Assembly (NCBI GenBank): GCA_963665275.2
Contig: CAXXIN010000003.1
Location: 160,001 to 224,000 of the forward strand
Length of the DNA stretch: 64,000 bases
Direction of reading: 5' to 3'
DNA from: Negativicutes bacterium
GTDB taxonomy: Bacteria > Bacillota > Negativicutes > UBA1444
Position numbers and translations under genes: made by a program
In this document: positions 10,012 through 20,040 of the stretch, in pieces
Position numbering within the stretch: position 1 is the stretch's first letter
Layout: every line of letters starts with the position of its first letter
Notes under the pieces: model-generated
The model's database searches: none
Told to the model about the DNA's origin: nothing
What the model saw: the letters and a program-made list of their open reading frames with translations, nothing else

Positions 10012-11451
10012 CTAAATGACCTGACTTGTCTCAACGTTCGCATCAATAACTTCTGAGCCATTATTCGCAACAATCTTCTCTGTAAAAATTCCGAGGTAAG
10101 CATAGACAACTACCAAAATTACCGCGATCCAATGGCTAAATATATACGGCATGTATTCATACCATTGAACACCCAAGGCGCCAAGCACAACCAAGCAACC
10201 TCCACTCCAAGGTACATAAGCTCCGCTGTAACAGCACATTTCTAATACAGACCGAGAAAGGTTCACTTTTTTCAACCCTGCTTTTTCATATGCGGGAGCG
10301 TACATCCTGCCATTAAGAATCATGCCCACATAAACACTGCTAGACAAATACACTGTTAATTGGCTTGTTATCAGTGATGTTAATACCAATGGGCCCGGTG
10401 AAGCAGTGATTGATTTCAGTTTGTCCACTAGCACTTCCAATACGCCAATACGCTCGACGACCCCTGCAAAAATAAACGCGCATAATAGAATTAAAACAAG
10501 GCTCATCATTGCAGATAACCCGCCACCACTTAAGAGCTTATCGATCGACTTCATGCCCGTAGACATCGCGTTACCATTGTAGAGGATAGCCAGCATTTTT
10601 CCCACTGGGACTCCTTGCATTACTACTGCCAGTACTGCACCCAAAAGCACTCCAATACTCAGGACTGGTAGAATAGGCTTTTTCTTGAAAGCAAGATAAA
10701 CAACCACAACCGGTGGCAACAGTAATATAATATTCAAATTATAAGTCGTCTCTAATGCCGTCATGATCGGATTAAGACTGGATACGTCAGCATTACTACT
10801 ACTTTGAAAGAAAAACCCAATCACGCCATAAAGAACCGCGGCTGCCACCGCTGCCACTCCAGAAGTTGGTATCATACTGGTTACAAGCTTTATGATGTCA
10901 GTTCCCGTAACAGCCGCAGCAAGATTAGATGAATCCGACAAAGGACTCCATTTATCACCTAAAAACGATCCAGCCACTATCGCCCCTGCTGCTATGCCGG
11001 TAGGAACTCCTAATCCTTGAGCAACACCCAATAACGCAACGCCAAATGTTCCCACAATCGCCCAAGATGAACCCGTAGCCATAGAGGCGGCTGACGTCAA
11101 TAGGAATGCTGTTACTAAAAACACTGACGGAGTCAACAGTTTTAATCCCCAGTAGATAATGATTGGTGTTGTTCCCGAGGCTAACCAAGACGCGGTAATT
11201 AGGCCCACCATAAGCAAAATCAATATTGCTGGCATCCCTATTTTAATCAAATTCAGTATACTTTCTTGGATCTCATCCCACGTGAATTTCAAAATCATCA
11301 TTCCGTATGTCGCCGCTACAATACCGCAAAGAAGAACTGACATTCCAGTTGGAATCTTCCATACGATTGCTCCCAAGCACATAATTCCCACGAATGAACA
11401 AAGTAGAATTACCGCTTCATTGAAATATGTAAGTCGTTTTTGCTCTCCCAT
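10012..11451 (-). CDS. NhaC-family transporter (second paralogue)
   Basis: TGSSWAIVGTFG, GDKWSPLSDSSN, LLSGGG, VPWS. Confidence 0.9.
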   Translation of the reverse strand: MGEQKRLTYFNEAVILLCSFVGIMCLGAIVWKIPTGMSVLLCGIVAATYGMMILKFTWDEIQESILNLIKIGMPAILILLMVGLITASWLASGTTPIIIYWGLKLLTPSVFLVTAFLLTSAASMATGSSWAIVGTFGVALLGVAQGLGVPTGIAAGAIVAGSFLGDKWSPLSDSSNLAAAVTGTDIIKLVTSMIPTSGVAAVAAAVLYGVIGFFFQSSSNADVSSLNPIMTALETTYNLNIILLLPPVVVVYLAFKKKPILPVLSIGVLLGAVLAVVMQGVPVGKMLAILYNGNAMSTGMKSIDKLLSGGGLSAMMSLVLILLCAFIFAGVVERIGVLEVLVDKLKSITASPGPLVLTSLITSQLTVYLSSSVYVGMILNGRMYAPAYEKAGLKKVNLSRSVLEMCCYSGAYVPWSGGCLVVLGALGVQWYEYMPYIFSHWIAVILVVVYAYLGIFTEKIVANNGSEVIDANVETSQVI

Positions 11452-11480
11452 TATTTCCCCTCCTTCTTTTTTGAATTCAT

Positions 11481-11521
11481 AGTGTATACACTTAGTATAC
11501 GCAAAAAAACGGATAAGTCAA
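11481..11521 (-). promoter_or_regulatory. sigmaA promoter of island operon overlapped by GntR-type GTATAC boxes
   Basis: TTGACT(11521-11516)-16 nt-TATACT(11499-11494) followed by palindrome AGTGTATACACT (11481-11492). Confidence 0.65.
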
Positions 11522-11708
11522 TATATTCTACTAACTTATTGAAATATTTATGTCAATCTCTAATCGTCTACTAATCAAGGTTTACTGAGTGACAATAGTG
11601 AAGCAGAAGACTGTATTATCTAGACCATTTTATGTTACAATTGCTACAAATTATTTAAACTCGCGCAGTTGTTTCTACTACTAATAGAAACGAATTTAAT
11701 ATAGAGCT

Positions 11709-11748
11709 TTGCTTTTATGTTTTAAAATTAATATACTTAATGTATACA
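11709..11748 (+). promoter_or_regulatory. sigmaA promoter of gntR with GntR-type box
   Basis: TTGCTT(11709)-17 nt-TATACT(11732) then TGTATACA (11741-11748). Confidence 0.65.
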
Positions 11749-11783
11749 AATCAATATTACGCATATTATAGGAGGAGAACCAA

Positions 11784-12464
11784 ATGGAAAGTCATTTTCA
11801 TAACGAATTATCAATTTATCATCGTCTAAAAAATTCTATTTTGAAACAAGAATACGGACCCAAAGAAAGATTAGTAGAATCAGTAATCGCTGAAAAATTC
11901 GGAGTTAGTCGGACTCCTATACGAGAAGCTTTAAGAAAGCTTTCGTATGAAGGTTTGGTCGATATTATCCCAAACCAAGGAGGTGTTTTTGTTGCACAAC
12001 CAAGTTTAGAAGAAATGATCCAGATTTTTTCTTGTCGAATGCTTATTGAAAGAGAAACAACAAAAAAGGCGACTCAAGCTATTACGTCAAAAGATATTGA
12101 ATGCTTAGAAAAGATATCAGAGCGGCAGCGAGAAATTTACATGGGAAATAAAGTTTTTTCCGAATTTTTCGATAACAATATCGAATTTCATATGATAATT
12201 GCAAAGAAATGCAACAACATATACTATATTAAATATTTAGAAGAACTATTAAATAGAGGCAATCTTTATTTACTATTTTTTGACAAATTTCAATCTACCA
12301 ATTTGGATGAATCATTGGCAGTAAAAGAGCATTCCAGAATTATTAATGCATTAAAGGCAAAGAATATCGATGAGAGTGGAAATGCAATGTATGATCATAT
12401 TAAAACAACATATCTTAGCCTGTCTCGAAGCATGTTGGAATTAATGGGTCCATCTTCTCTATGA
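11784..12464 (+). CDS. GntR-family (FCD) transcriptional regulator
   Basis: wHTH GVSRTPIREAL, FCD domain with FH...N and EH; GGAGGAG RBS. Confidence 0.92.
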   Translation: MESHFHNELSIYHRLKNSILKQEYGPKERLVESVIAEKFGVSRTPIREALRKLSYEGLVDIIPNQGGVFVAQPSLEEMIQIFSCRMLIERETTKKATQAITSKDIECLEKISERQREIYMGNKVFSEFFDNNIEFHMIIAKKCNNIYYIKYLEELLNRGNLYLLFFDKFQSTNLDESLAVKEHSRIINALKAKNIDESGNAMYDHIKTTYLSLSRSMLELMGPSSL

Positions 12465-12670
12465 CATCCAGCCTTGAATGAATGAGTTAAAAACTACAAC
12501 AAAACAGGTGCCCAGGTCGCTATAAAATTGAGCCACTAGGCTCGCATGGTTCGTCGATTTGCTGAATCTTTATCAAGGAAACTGGTACATTTCCGCGAGT
12601 AGTAGTAGCTGGTTCAACAAAGAATTTAAGGACAGACCTCAAACCAAGCCCTATCCGGGGAACGCGCCGG

Positions 12671-12970
12671 AACATCGTTGTTGCCCCGAAAGTGCTTAAG
12701 GCGTTGCAGCAATATGGTTAGCCAGGAAATGTGCGCGAGTTGCAAAGTATTTGTGAAAGTGCTATCAGTTTGACCGATTCAGACGCCCTCACTTTGGCCT
12801 ATCTTCCCGAAGAAATTTCAAGCAACGATTAAATCCGGCCGTCATTTACCTGCAACTCCGTCTTTGCCAGCTTAAAATTCAAATATCATTCGCGAGCGGC
12901 AACGCCAGCGTTGCTGCCCGTGAGCTTGGAAATTCCCGCAAAACACTTTTCCAAAGATGCAGATATGAGA
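12671..12970 (+). pseudogene. Remnant of sigma54-dependent (NtrC/Fis-type) activator, C-terminal part
   Basis: KALQQYG*PGNVRELQSICESA...LPEE (Trp codon replaced by TAG at 12719) and, in another frame, Fis HTH GNASVAARELGNSRKTLF at 12898 onward. Confidence 0.8.
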
Positions 12971-12981
12971 CCACAAAACGT

Positions 12982-13036
12982 AAACGGGGCTATCTCAATG
13001 CAGGGTTTCAGCCTGATTGAAACAGCCCCGTTTTTT
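12982..13036 (+). terminator. Long hairpin/terminator after the activator remnant (REP-like)
   Basis: AAACGGGGCTATCTCAAT...ATTGAAACAGCCCCGTTT followed by T-run. Confidence 0.6.
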
Positions 13037-13090
13037 ATTATAACGATAATCACCACTAAAATCGCATTTATACCAAAACACCGAATTTCG

Positions 13091-14428
13091 GATAGTGTCA
13101 AATAATGTTCGCAAAAATCATCGGCACTTCAGCTTGGTTAAGCAGCCGCATCGAGTTTTTGCTGGATCTCTGTAATGATCATGGGATGAATATAAGATCG
13201 CCCGCTAGACCAATCCTCGCTGTATTCAATCAAGTAACTGGTTACTAGGCGAACATAGGAATCCATACTCGGGAAGATACCGACCACCTTTGTTCGACGC
13301 CGGATTTCCTTGTTTAGCCGTTCCAACAGATTAGTGGATGAGATTTTTCGCGAGTCGATTTCATTGAAACTGAAAAACTGCAGCGATTCTTCCAGACCGT
13401 CTTCCAATGTGGCAATCGCTTCCGGATATCTTGTTTCATAATCGTCCATCAGAGACGCCGCATATTTTTTGGCGCTGTCATAGTCAGGCTGGAGCCAGAT
13501 TTGCTTGAGTTTTTCCGCAAAGGTTTTCTTTTCCCGGCTGGATATATGGGCCAAGATATTTCGCATGAAATGGACTTTGCAGCGTTGCCAGGCGCAACCA
13601 ACGAAGGATTCCCTCACGGCTTTGACCAGCCCCTTATGCGCATCCGATACAACCAACCAGACCTTTTTTACTCCCCGGGCTTTGAGATTGTCGAACAGTT
13701 GGGTATACGTGGCGGCGGATTCCTCAACCATCGGTTCAATCGCCAGGATATCGCGTTTGCCGTCGCAATTAATGCCTGTAACTACCAGGACCGCCATGTT
13801 TTTAACACTATGGTGATCGCGGATACGTTCATACAGGGCATCCACCCATAGAACCGGATAGATCTCTTCCAACTGGCGATTGCGGAAGGCTTCAACTTGT
13901 TCATTTAATTCTTTGGTGATGGCCGAAACCTGACTGCGGGAGATGGAGTCGATCCCCAAACTTTTGGTGAGTTTGTCGATTTTCCGTGTCGATACGCCGT
14001 TTACATAGGCTTCCTGAATGACGTTCATCAAAGCGGCTTCGGATCGTTTTCTGGCTTCCAGGAAGAATGGGATATACCCGCCATTTCGGATCTTGGGCAC
14101 CATCAGATACATTGTCCCCATTCGCGTGTCAAATCGCCTGACTCGATAACCTGAGCGATATCCCTGGCGAGTTTGGGTTCGCTCTGATTTTTGGGCTTCC
14201 AGCTTGCCGTCCACTTCGGCTGCCATGAGTCGTTCGCAGAGCCACTTGAGCATTTCCTGCATGGGATCGTCGTCTGCCACAAATTTCATTAGCATTTTTT
14301 CAAAAGGTACGGTAGAATTTTGGTAAACCATCGGCGCTACACTCCTTTTGGGTTTGCTGGACACTTACCTTTTCGGAGTTGCCGATGGTTTTTCCTATTC
14401 TCTTTTGCGAACTTTATTGTACGCTATC
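13091..14428 (-). mobile_element. IS256-family insertion sequence, complete, 8-bp target duplication GAATTTCG
   Basis: 26-bp imperfect TIRs GATAGTGTCAAATAATGTTCGCAAAA (13091) and its near reverse complement at 14403-14428 (22/26); GAATTTCG at 13083-13090 and 14429-14436. Confidence 0.95.
13138..14331 (-). CDS. IS256-family DDE transposase
   Basis: GVSTRK, WVDA, VVSDAHKGL, QRCKVHFMRN, TNLLERLNKEIRRRT; likely start ATG 14331 with AAAAGGAG RBS. Confidence 0.95.
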   Translation of the reverse strand: MVYQNSTVPFEKMLMKFVADDDPMQEMLKWLCERLMAAEVDGKLEAQKSERTQTRQGYRSGYRVRRFDTRMGTMYLMVPKIRNGGYIPFFLEARKRSEAALMNVIQEAYVNGVSTRKIDKLTKSLGIDSISRSQVSAITKELNEQVEAFRNRQLEEIYPVLWVDALYERIRDHHSVKNMAVLVVTGINCDGKRDILAIEPMVEESAATYTQLFDNLKARGVKKVWLVVSDAHKGLVKAVRESFVGCAWQRCKVHFMRNILAHISSREKKTFAEKLKQIWLQPDYDSAKKYAASLMDDYETRYPEAIATLEDGLEESLQFFSFNEIDSRKISSTNLLERLNKEIRRRTKVVGIFPSMDSYVRLVTSYLIEYSEDWSSGRSYIHPMIITEIQQKLDAAA

Positions 14429-14602
14429 GAATTTCGGCAATGATAAAATGCAAAATTAGACTGGCGTTGACAATTATTTCTCCTTAACGGTTTGTTTCGA
14501 GCCTGCAGTTGCTGAATTTTGCGATAGAATTAGTTTATTTTACCACTATGTCTATGCGCGTCCAGAAGCGCGTTATTTCTTCTCGTAGTTACCCAAGTGA
14601 GC

Positions 14603-14635
14603 AAAAAATTCCTTCTGCATCGCCACAGAAGGAAT
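14603..14635 (-). terminator. Rho-independent terminator downstream of gntR
   Basis: ATTCCTTCTG/CAGAAGGAAT stem with minus-strand U-tract. Confidence 0.7.
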
Positions 14636-14669
14636 CAAATGGGTTTTTCCTATTGATGCAAATAAACGC

Positions 14670-15344
14670 TTACAGCGCGTGTCTTCTCATATGGAGAATA
14701 TCCTTTTCAAGCAGATCCGCTACAGCCTCAAAATTCTTTTTCCTTAATGCATCTTCAATCTCCATATGCCTGTTCGGATCTTCCGCGACATACGCCTGAT
14801 ATTCTGTTATGGTATAGAGCTGAAAAAAGGCCCTTCTCATTAGTTTCAGCGTGTCTGCCAACATTTTGGTCAGCATTGTATTCCCGCTGAATGAACACAA
14901 CAGGAGATGGAATGCACAATTTCTTTCCCAGTGCTGTTCCGGCGCCAAAAGACCCAGACTCTTTTGCCTGGCGTTCTCTTTGTTCAGTTCTGACAACTTG
15001 ACTAAATAACTATCATTGAAATTTTGCATAGTTTTTTTAAAGGCAGCAGTTTCCAGAATAAGACGAACTTCTGTCGACTCTCTCACATGCGTAATGTTCA
15101 GTTGGACAATCTGATAACCAAGCCTCGGAATACTTCGGAGCACGTTTTCATTGCACAGCTCAATCAGCGCTTCCCTAATAGGAGCTTTACTCACACCGAA
15201 CTTTGTTGCCAATTCACCCTCATTCAAAAATTGGTCAAGTGGGAATTCACCTTTTGAAATTCCATCAAAAATTTCATTATAGATTTTCTTTTTTAGAGAT
15301 ATCTTTTGCGTATTCATATCATCTAACCATTCCCTTTCGGTCAT
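14670..15344 (-). CDS. GntR-family (FCD) regulator
   Basis: FGVSKAPIREAL HTH, FH...SGN, HMEI. Confidence 0.9.
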   Translation of the reverse strand: MTEREWLDDMNTQKISLKKKIYNEIFDGISKGEFPLDQFLNEGELATKFGVSKAPIREALIELCNENVLRSIPRLGYQIVQLNITHVRESTEVRLILETAAFKKTMQNFNDSYLVKLSELNKENARQKSLGLLAPEQHWERNCAFHLLLCSFSGNTMLTKMLADTLKLMRRAFFQLYTITEYQAYVAEDPNRHMEIEDALRKKNFEAVADLLEKDILHMRRHAL

Positions 15345-15404
15345 CCCTAATTTTAAACGCTTGTTTATGACTTTCTATCCAAGATTTTATCTGCTTCTTA
15401 TCGA

Positions 15405-16412
15405 TCATACCAACTTCCCTGAGTGAAGATCATCCGCCTGCCAATAGAGGTGGCAGGCAACAGAATGGTTACCGCCCAAATCTTTCAATTGCGGTTCTTC
15501 CTGTGCACAACGTTCCTTGGCCCTCGGGCAGCGCGTATGAAAACGACAGCCGCTTGGTGGATTGAAAGCGCTAGGCATATCCCCCAACAAATTGATATTG
15601 TCTCGATTCATGTCAACGTCAGGAATCGGGATGGCGGACAGAAGTGCTTGCGTATAGGGGTGTTTGGCGTCCGCATACAAATCTTTCTTTTCGGCGATTT
15701 CCACAACTTTCCCAAGATACATCACCATGATTCGGTCACAAATATATCGCACTACGCTCAAATCATGGGAAATAAACAGATAGGTCAAATTGAATGTTTT
15801 TTGCAGATCCAACATCAAATTGAGAACCTGTGCGCGCACGGAAACATCAAGCGCCGAAACCGGTTCGTCGCAGATGATGAATTTAGGGTCAAGAACCAAG
15901 GCTCTGGCGATCACGATACGTTGCCTCTGTCCGCCGGAAAATTCATGTGGATAGCGATTCATGTATTCCAGCGGCAGACCGACCTTGGTCATGATCTCCA
16001 TGACCTTTTGCTCCCGCTCCTCTCTCGAGCCAAGTTTGAACACATCGAGAGGCGCACGGATCTGTTCTTTCACCGTCATGCGGGAGTTCAGGGACGAGTA
16101 AGGATCCTGGAAAATGATCTGAAGTTCCCGGCGCATCTGGCGCATTTTTTCCTTATCAAAAGACAGCAGATCCTGCCCGTTATAAATAACTTTCCCTGAT
16201 GTGGGTTCATGCAGTCGCAGAATCGATCGGGACAGTGTCGATTTTCCGCAACCGGACTCGCCCACCACGCCCAACGTTTCACCCGCTTTAATCGAAAAAC
16301 TTACGCCGTCCAGCGCCCGGACGATCTTGACCTCTTTACTCAGAAATTTTTTCCCGGAGAAGAAATATTTTTTTAAATCATGAACTTCCAAAATGATGTT
16401 CGGATCGTTCAT
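15405..16412 (-). CDS. oppF: Oligopeptide/dipeptide ABC ATP-binding protein (OppF-like)
   Basis: [27 protein letters not shown]; start 16412 overlaps oppD stop (ATGA). Confidence 0.9.
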   Translation of the reverse strand: MNDPNIILEVHDLKKYFFSGKKFLSKEVKIVRALDGVSFSIKAGETLGVVGESGCGKSTLSRSILRLHEPTSGKVIYNGQDLLSFDKEKMRQMRRELQIIFQDPYSSLNSRMTVKEQIRAPLDVFKLGSREEREQKVMEIMTKVGLPLEYMNRYPHEFSGGQRQRIVIARALVLDPKFIICDEPVSALDVSVRAQVLNLMLDLQKTFNLTYLFISHDLSVVRYICDRIMVMYLGKVVEIAEKKDLYADAKHPYTQALLSAIPIPDVDMNRDNINLLGDMPSAFNPPSGCRFHTRCPRAKERCAQEEPQLKDLGGNHSVACHLYWQADDLHSGKLV

Positions 16413-17401
16413 GCCTCTTCCCCCTCTGCCTGATCCTTGTATTTCCAGCACTGCACCTTTTGCCCGTCCATCATCAGGTAGATGGGCGGCGGATTATCAT
16501 AACACACGGTCATGGCCTGGGTGCAGCGGGCACAAAACCGACAACCCTTCGGCATCATGGCTGGCGTGGGCACAGTTCCCTCGATCGTCGCCAACCGGTC
16601 GCAGTCCTTATCCAGACGTGGCATAGAAGCCAACAGTCCCTGCGTATAAGGATGCAGAGGATTCTTGAAAATCTGGCGGGCAGTGCCGTATTCCATGACT
16701 TTGCCGGCATACATGACCATGATGGTATCAGCCATTTTGGCAACCACGCCCATATCATGCGTGATCAGGATAATGGCTGTATTGAGCTTGCGTTTCAGTT
16801 CCACCATCAAATCGATGATTTGCGCCTGGATGGTCACGTCCAAAGCAGTGGTTGGTTCATCTGCGATGAGCAGTGACGGGTTACAGGAAAGCGCCATCGC
16901 AATCATGACTCGTTGGCGCATACCACCTGACAATTGATGCGGATATTCCTGCAACCGCTGTTCCGGCGAAGATATGCCGACTTTTGTCAACAGTTCCAAA
17001 GCTTGCTTCTTAATTATTTCCCTGGGCAGTTTATTGTGGACCGAGATTGTCTCTTCCAACTGTTTGCCAATGGACAGGACCGGATTGAGAGAGGTCATGG
17101 AGTCCTGAAAAATCATGGCAATTTCCTCGCCGCGTATCCGGCACATTTCTTCGTTGCATTTCTTGGTGAGATCTTCGCCTTTGTAAAGAATTTCTCCTCC
17201 GGCAATGGACCCCACGGCATGGGGAAGCAGCCGCAGGATTGAAAGCGACGTTACGCTTTTACCGCAGCCGGATTCCCCGACGATTCCCAGCGTTTCACCC
17301 TCATGCACAGCAAAGCTGACATCATCCACGACTACAACCGTATTTCGCTTGGTCCTGAATTGGGTCTTAAGATGATTTACCTGCAACAATGGCTGCGACA
17401 C
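16409..17401 (-). CDS. oppD: Oligopeptide/dipeptide ABC ATP-binding protein (OppD-like)
   Basis: [28 protein letters not shown]. Confidence 0.9.
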   Translation of the reverse strand: MSQPLLQVNHLKTQFRTKRNTVVVVDDVSFAVHEGETLGIVGESGCGKSVTSLSILRLLPHAVGSIAGGEILYKGEDLTKKCNEEMCRIRGEEIAMIFQDSMTSLNPVLSIGKQLEETISVHNKLPREIIKKQALELLTKVGISSPEQRLQEYPHQLSGGMRQRVMIAMALSCNPSLLIADEPTTALDVTIQAQIIDLMVELKRKLNTAIILITHDMGVVAKMADTIMVMYAGKVMEYGTARQIFKNPLHPYTQGLLASMPRLDKDCDRLATIEGTVPTPAMMPKGCRFCARCTQAMTVCYDNPPPIYLMMDGQKVQCWKYKDQAEGEEA

Positions 17402-17434
17402 GGTTCAGCCCCCTAACTATAGAGCTATGAAAGT

Positions 17435-19042
17435 CTATTTGGCGACCTTCCATTCCCATACACTGCGATTGTGAAGTGTGAAATTCGTGTAGTCTATGTT
17501 GGATATTTGCTTGTTATAGGCCACCAAATCATTCGAGAAATACAGCCAGGTAAAAGGCACCTGTTCGCGCAACAGCATTTGATACTGCTCGTAAAAGGGC
17601 TTGCGAGTCTCAAAAGTAAAGGCTTTGAGCCCCTTATCTCCCAAATTGGCCAGAGACCGATCCTGAAGCTGCGAGAAATTGTTAATGTGACCGGGGGTCA
17701 CATTCAGTACACTCTCCCCTGGATCCGGGGAACCCCAGGATCCGATCAGCGCAAAATCATAGTCCCCTTTGCGCGCTGCAGTAAGCATGGTTGGATGGTC
17801 GGTGGTGACAATTTTCACTTTGATGCCGATTTTAGCCAGGTCCTGTTGAAGCATCGGCGCGGATTTCTCGCGCAGAGAATTTCCCTTGGAGACACGCAAT
17901 TCATACTCTTTGCTTGTGTCAAAACCGGACCCGGCGACCATGGCTTTGGCTTTTTCCACGTCATAGGGGATCGGCAGCAAAGCCTTGTTAAAATACTTGT
18001 GATCGGGGCGTAATGGACCCGGCGCCGAAAGGCCTTCGCCTTTCATCAGGTTGTTCACCAAGGCATCCCGATTGATGGCCATGTTGATTGCCTGCCTAAC
18101 AGGTTGAGGAATTCGCTTGGTATTGATCGACATATATTGATACCCTAAAGACGGTACAGATTTAGTGACCAGTTTTTCCTGTTTTTTGGCCATGTCCCAA
18201 TCGTTCAGTGGAATGTTTCCTATACTGGCGCCCGCCACCACATCAATCTCTCCGTTAATCAAGCCGGATAGAATGTTGGATTCCGGTACGATTCTGACCA
18301 CGAATCGGTCAAAATCCGGCGCGCCCAGATGGTAGTCCTTGTTAGCCGTGAGTTGAACCCGTTCGCCGGAAATCTCGCTTTCGAACTTGCAGGGACCGGA
18401 ACCGATCGGACGCTGCCAGAATTTATCGCTTAGCAAGCTCTTCACTGGAATGTCCTTGAGCAAATGCTTTGGCAAGACGTAGAAATCGCGGAACATGATG
18501 AACAGCATGTAGTCCAGGCCCGTCGGTTCGATCATCGTGAACTGCACGGTTTGTTTATCGAGGGCTTTGACGCCGAACTCTTTGCCCGGGTCACGCACGC
18601 CGCCTTTGGTTCCTGTAAACGGCGCGATCTTGGAACGGCGCGCTACACTGATGTCGGGATTTGCCATCAATTCCGCCGTGAACACCACATCATCCGCGGT
18701 GACCGGCGCGCCATCGTGCCACTTCGCCTTTTCGTTCAGCACAAAGGTGATTTTGGTATGGGTCGCCTCGTCGATACTCCAACTTTTGGCCAGACGGGGC
18801 TTGACTGTGCCGTCTGTGTTGAGTACGGTCAGTTTATCATAAATCAGTTCCAGCACCGCATCCGTATTGCCGTTGGTGGTGTTGAAGGGAACAAATGTGT
18901 CCCAGGGCGCCGTCATCGCCATCGTAACGATTTTTTGCTTGCCGGATGCGCCTGTGGCGGGAGCGGGGCCCTGCGAGCAACCGCTCAGCAACATCGAGAC
19001 CATCAGCATGCCTACCAGAATTTTGACCAAGTTCCGATTCAT
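17435..19042 (-). CDS. ABC family-5 substrate-binding lipoprotein (OppA/DppA-like)
   Basis: Lipobox LSGC, KWHDGAPVTADDV, PIGSGP, VRQAINMAINR. Confidence 0.9.
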   Translation of the reverse strand: MNRNLVKILVGMLMVSMLLSGCSQGPAPATGASGKQKIVTMAMTAPWDTFVPFNTTNGNTDAVLELIYDKLTVLNTDGTVKPRLAKSWSIDEATHTKITFVLNEKAKWHDGAPVTADDVVFTAELMANPDISVARRSKIAPFTGTKGGVRDPGKEFGVKALDKQTVQFTMIEPTGLDYMLFIMFRDFYVLPKHLLKDIPVKSLLSDKFWQRPIGSGPCKFESEISGERVQLTANKDYHLGAPDFDRFVVRIVPESNILSGLINGEIDVVAGASIGNIPLNDWDMAKKQEKLVTKSVPSLGYQYMSINTKRIPQPVRQAINMAINRDALVNNLMKGEGLSAPGPLRPDHKYFNKALLPIPYDVEKAKAMVAGSGFDTSKEYELRVSKGNSLREKSAPMLQQDLAKIGIKVKIVTTDHPTMLTAARKGDYDFALIGSWGSPDPGESVLNVTPGHINNFSQLQDRSLANLGDKGLKAFTFETRKPFYEQYQMLLREQVPFTWLYFSNDLVAYNKQISNIDYTNFTLHNRSVWEWKVAK

Positions 19043-19096
19043 GTCATTTCCCCCTCATAAATTTGTTTTGTTCCCGTAACCTCAAGGTTTCTGTGT

Positions 19097-19981
19097 TCAA
19101 ATGACCATTTTGGTGTCCAGCGCATCACGGACTCCGTCACCGATGAAATTGATACTCAACACAGTGATGACCAATGCAATACCCGGCGGAACCCATAGCC
19201 ACGGACGCTGAGATAAAACACTGATCGATTGGGCATCATACAGGATATTGCCCCACGATGCCTGCGGGGCCTGCACTCCCATTCCTAGAAAACTCAAGGC
19301 GGATTCGGTGATGATCGCCTGCGCGGCACGGAACGTAAATGCGATGAGAACCGGCGCAAAAGTATTGGGCAGGATATATTTGAGCAAAATACTCCCGTTT
19401 TTTGTGCCGATCGCACGAGCTGCTTCAACATAATCCATCGAACTGGCGGAAAGCACATTCCCGTAAATCAATCGTGCGAACCTCGGCCAGCCCAATATGC
19501 CGATCACAAGGATGATCGTAATAACCGAAGGACCCAGCACTGATACCAGCACCATAATCAGAATCATGGCAGGAAACGACATGAAGGTGTCTGCACTGCG
19601 CATGATCAACGTTTCCCAGAAACCTCGGTAGTACCCGGCGATCAGCCCCAACGGCACGCCTACCAACATGCTGATGATGGCCGACAAAATCCCCACGCTC
19701 AAAGAAACGCGTCCGCCGTAGATGAACCGAGCGAAGATGTCACGCCCGATATCATCGGTTCCCAAAATGTGCTTGCCGGAAGGTGGGGAGCCGAACAGGA
19801 CGTCGTAATCGGTGGTGCTTTGATCCAAATTCATCAGTATCGGCAAAAATACCACCAGAAATATTTCTGCTATGAGCACCAACAAGCCTATCATGGCAGG
19901 TTTATGCTGCGAAAAACGCTGGCAGACATCTGAAAAATAAGAATTGACAGGAATATCCACTTTTTCATTTTTTTCAAACAT
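19097..19981 (-). CDS. oppC: Peptide ABC permease (OppC-like)
   Basis: HILGTDDIGRD, EAARAIG, ESALSFLG, GDGVRDALD. Confidence 0.9.
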   Translation of the reverse strand: MFEKNEKVDIPVNSYFSDVCQRFSQHKPAMIGLLVLIAEIFLVVFLPILMNLDQSTTDYDVLFGSPPSGKHILGTDDIGRDIFARFIYGGRVSLSVGILSAIISMLVGVPLGLIAGYYRGFWETLIMRSADTFMSFPAMILIMVLVSVLGPSVITIILVIGILGWPRFARLIYGNVLSASSMDYVEAARAIGTKNGSILLKYILPNTFAPVLIAFTFRAAQAIITESALSFLGMGVQAPQASWGNILYDAQSISVLSQRPWLWVPPGIALVITVLSINFIGDGVRDALDTKMVI

Positions 19982-20040
19982 GTACAGCCAACCTTTCTGT
20001 TTTCATTGGTTTGGGGTGTTCAGCGAAAAGTCGTCCTCAT

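Noticed and set aside
12518-12537. CGCTATAAAATTGAGCCACT, reminiscent of IS21-family end repeats
   Set aside because: Single short copy without TG terminus or istA/istB remnant; too weak to call
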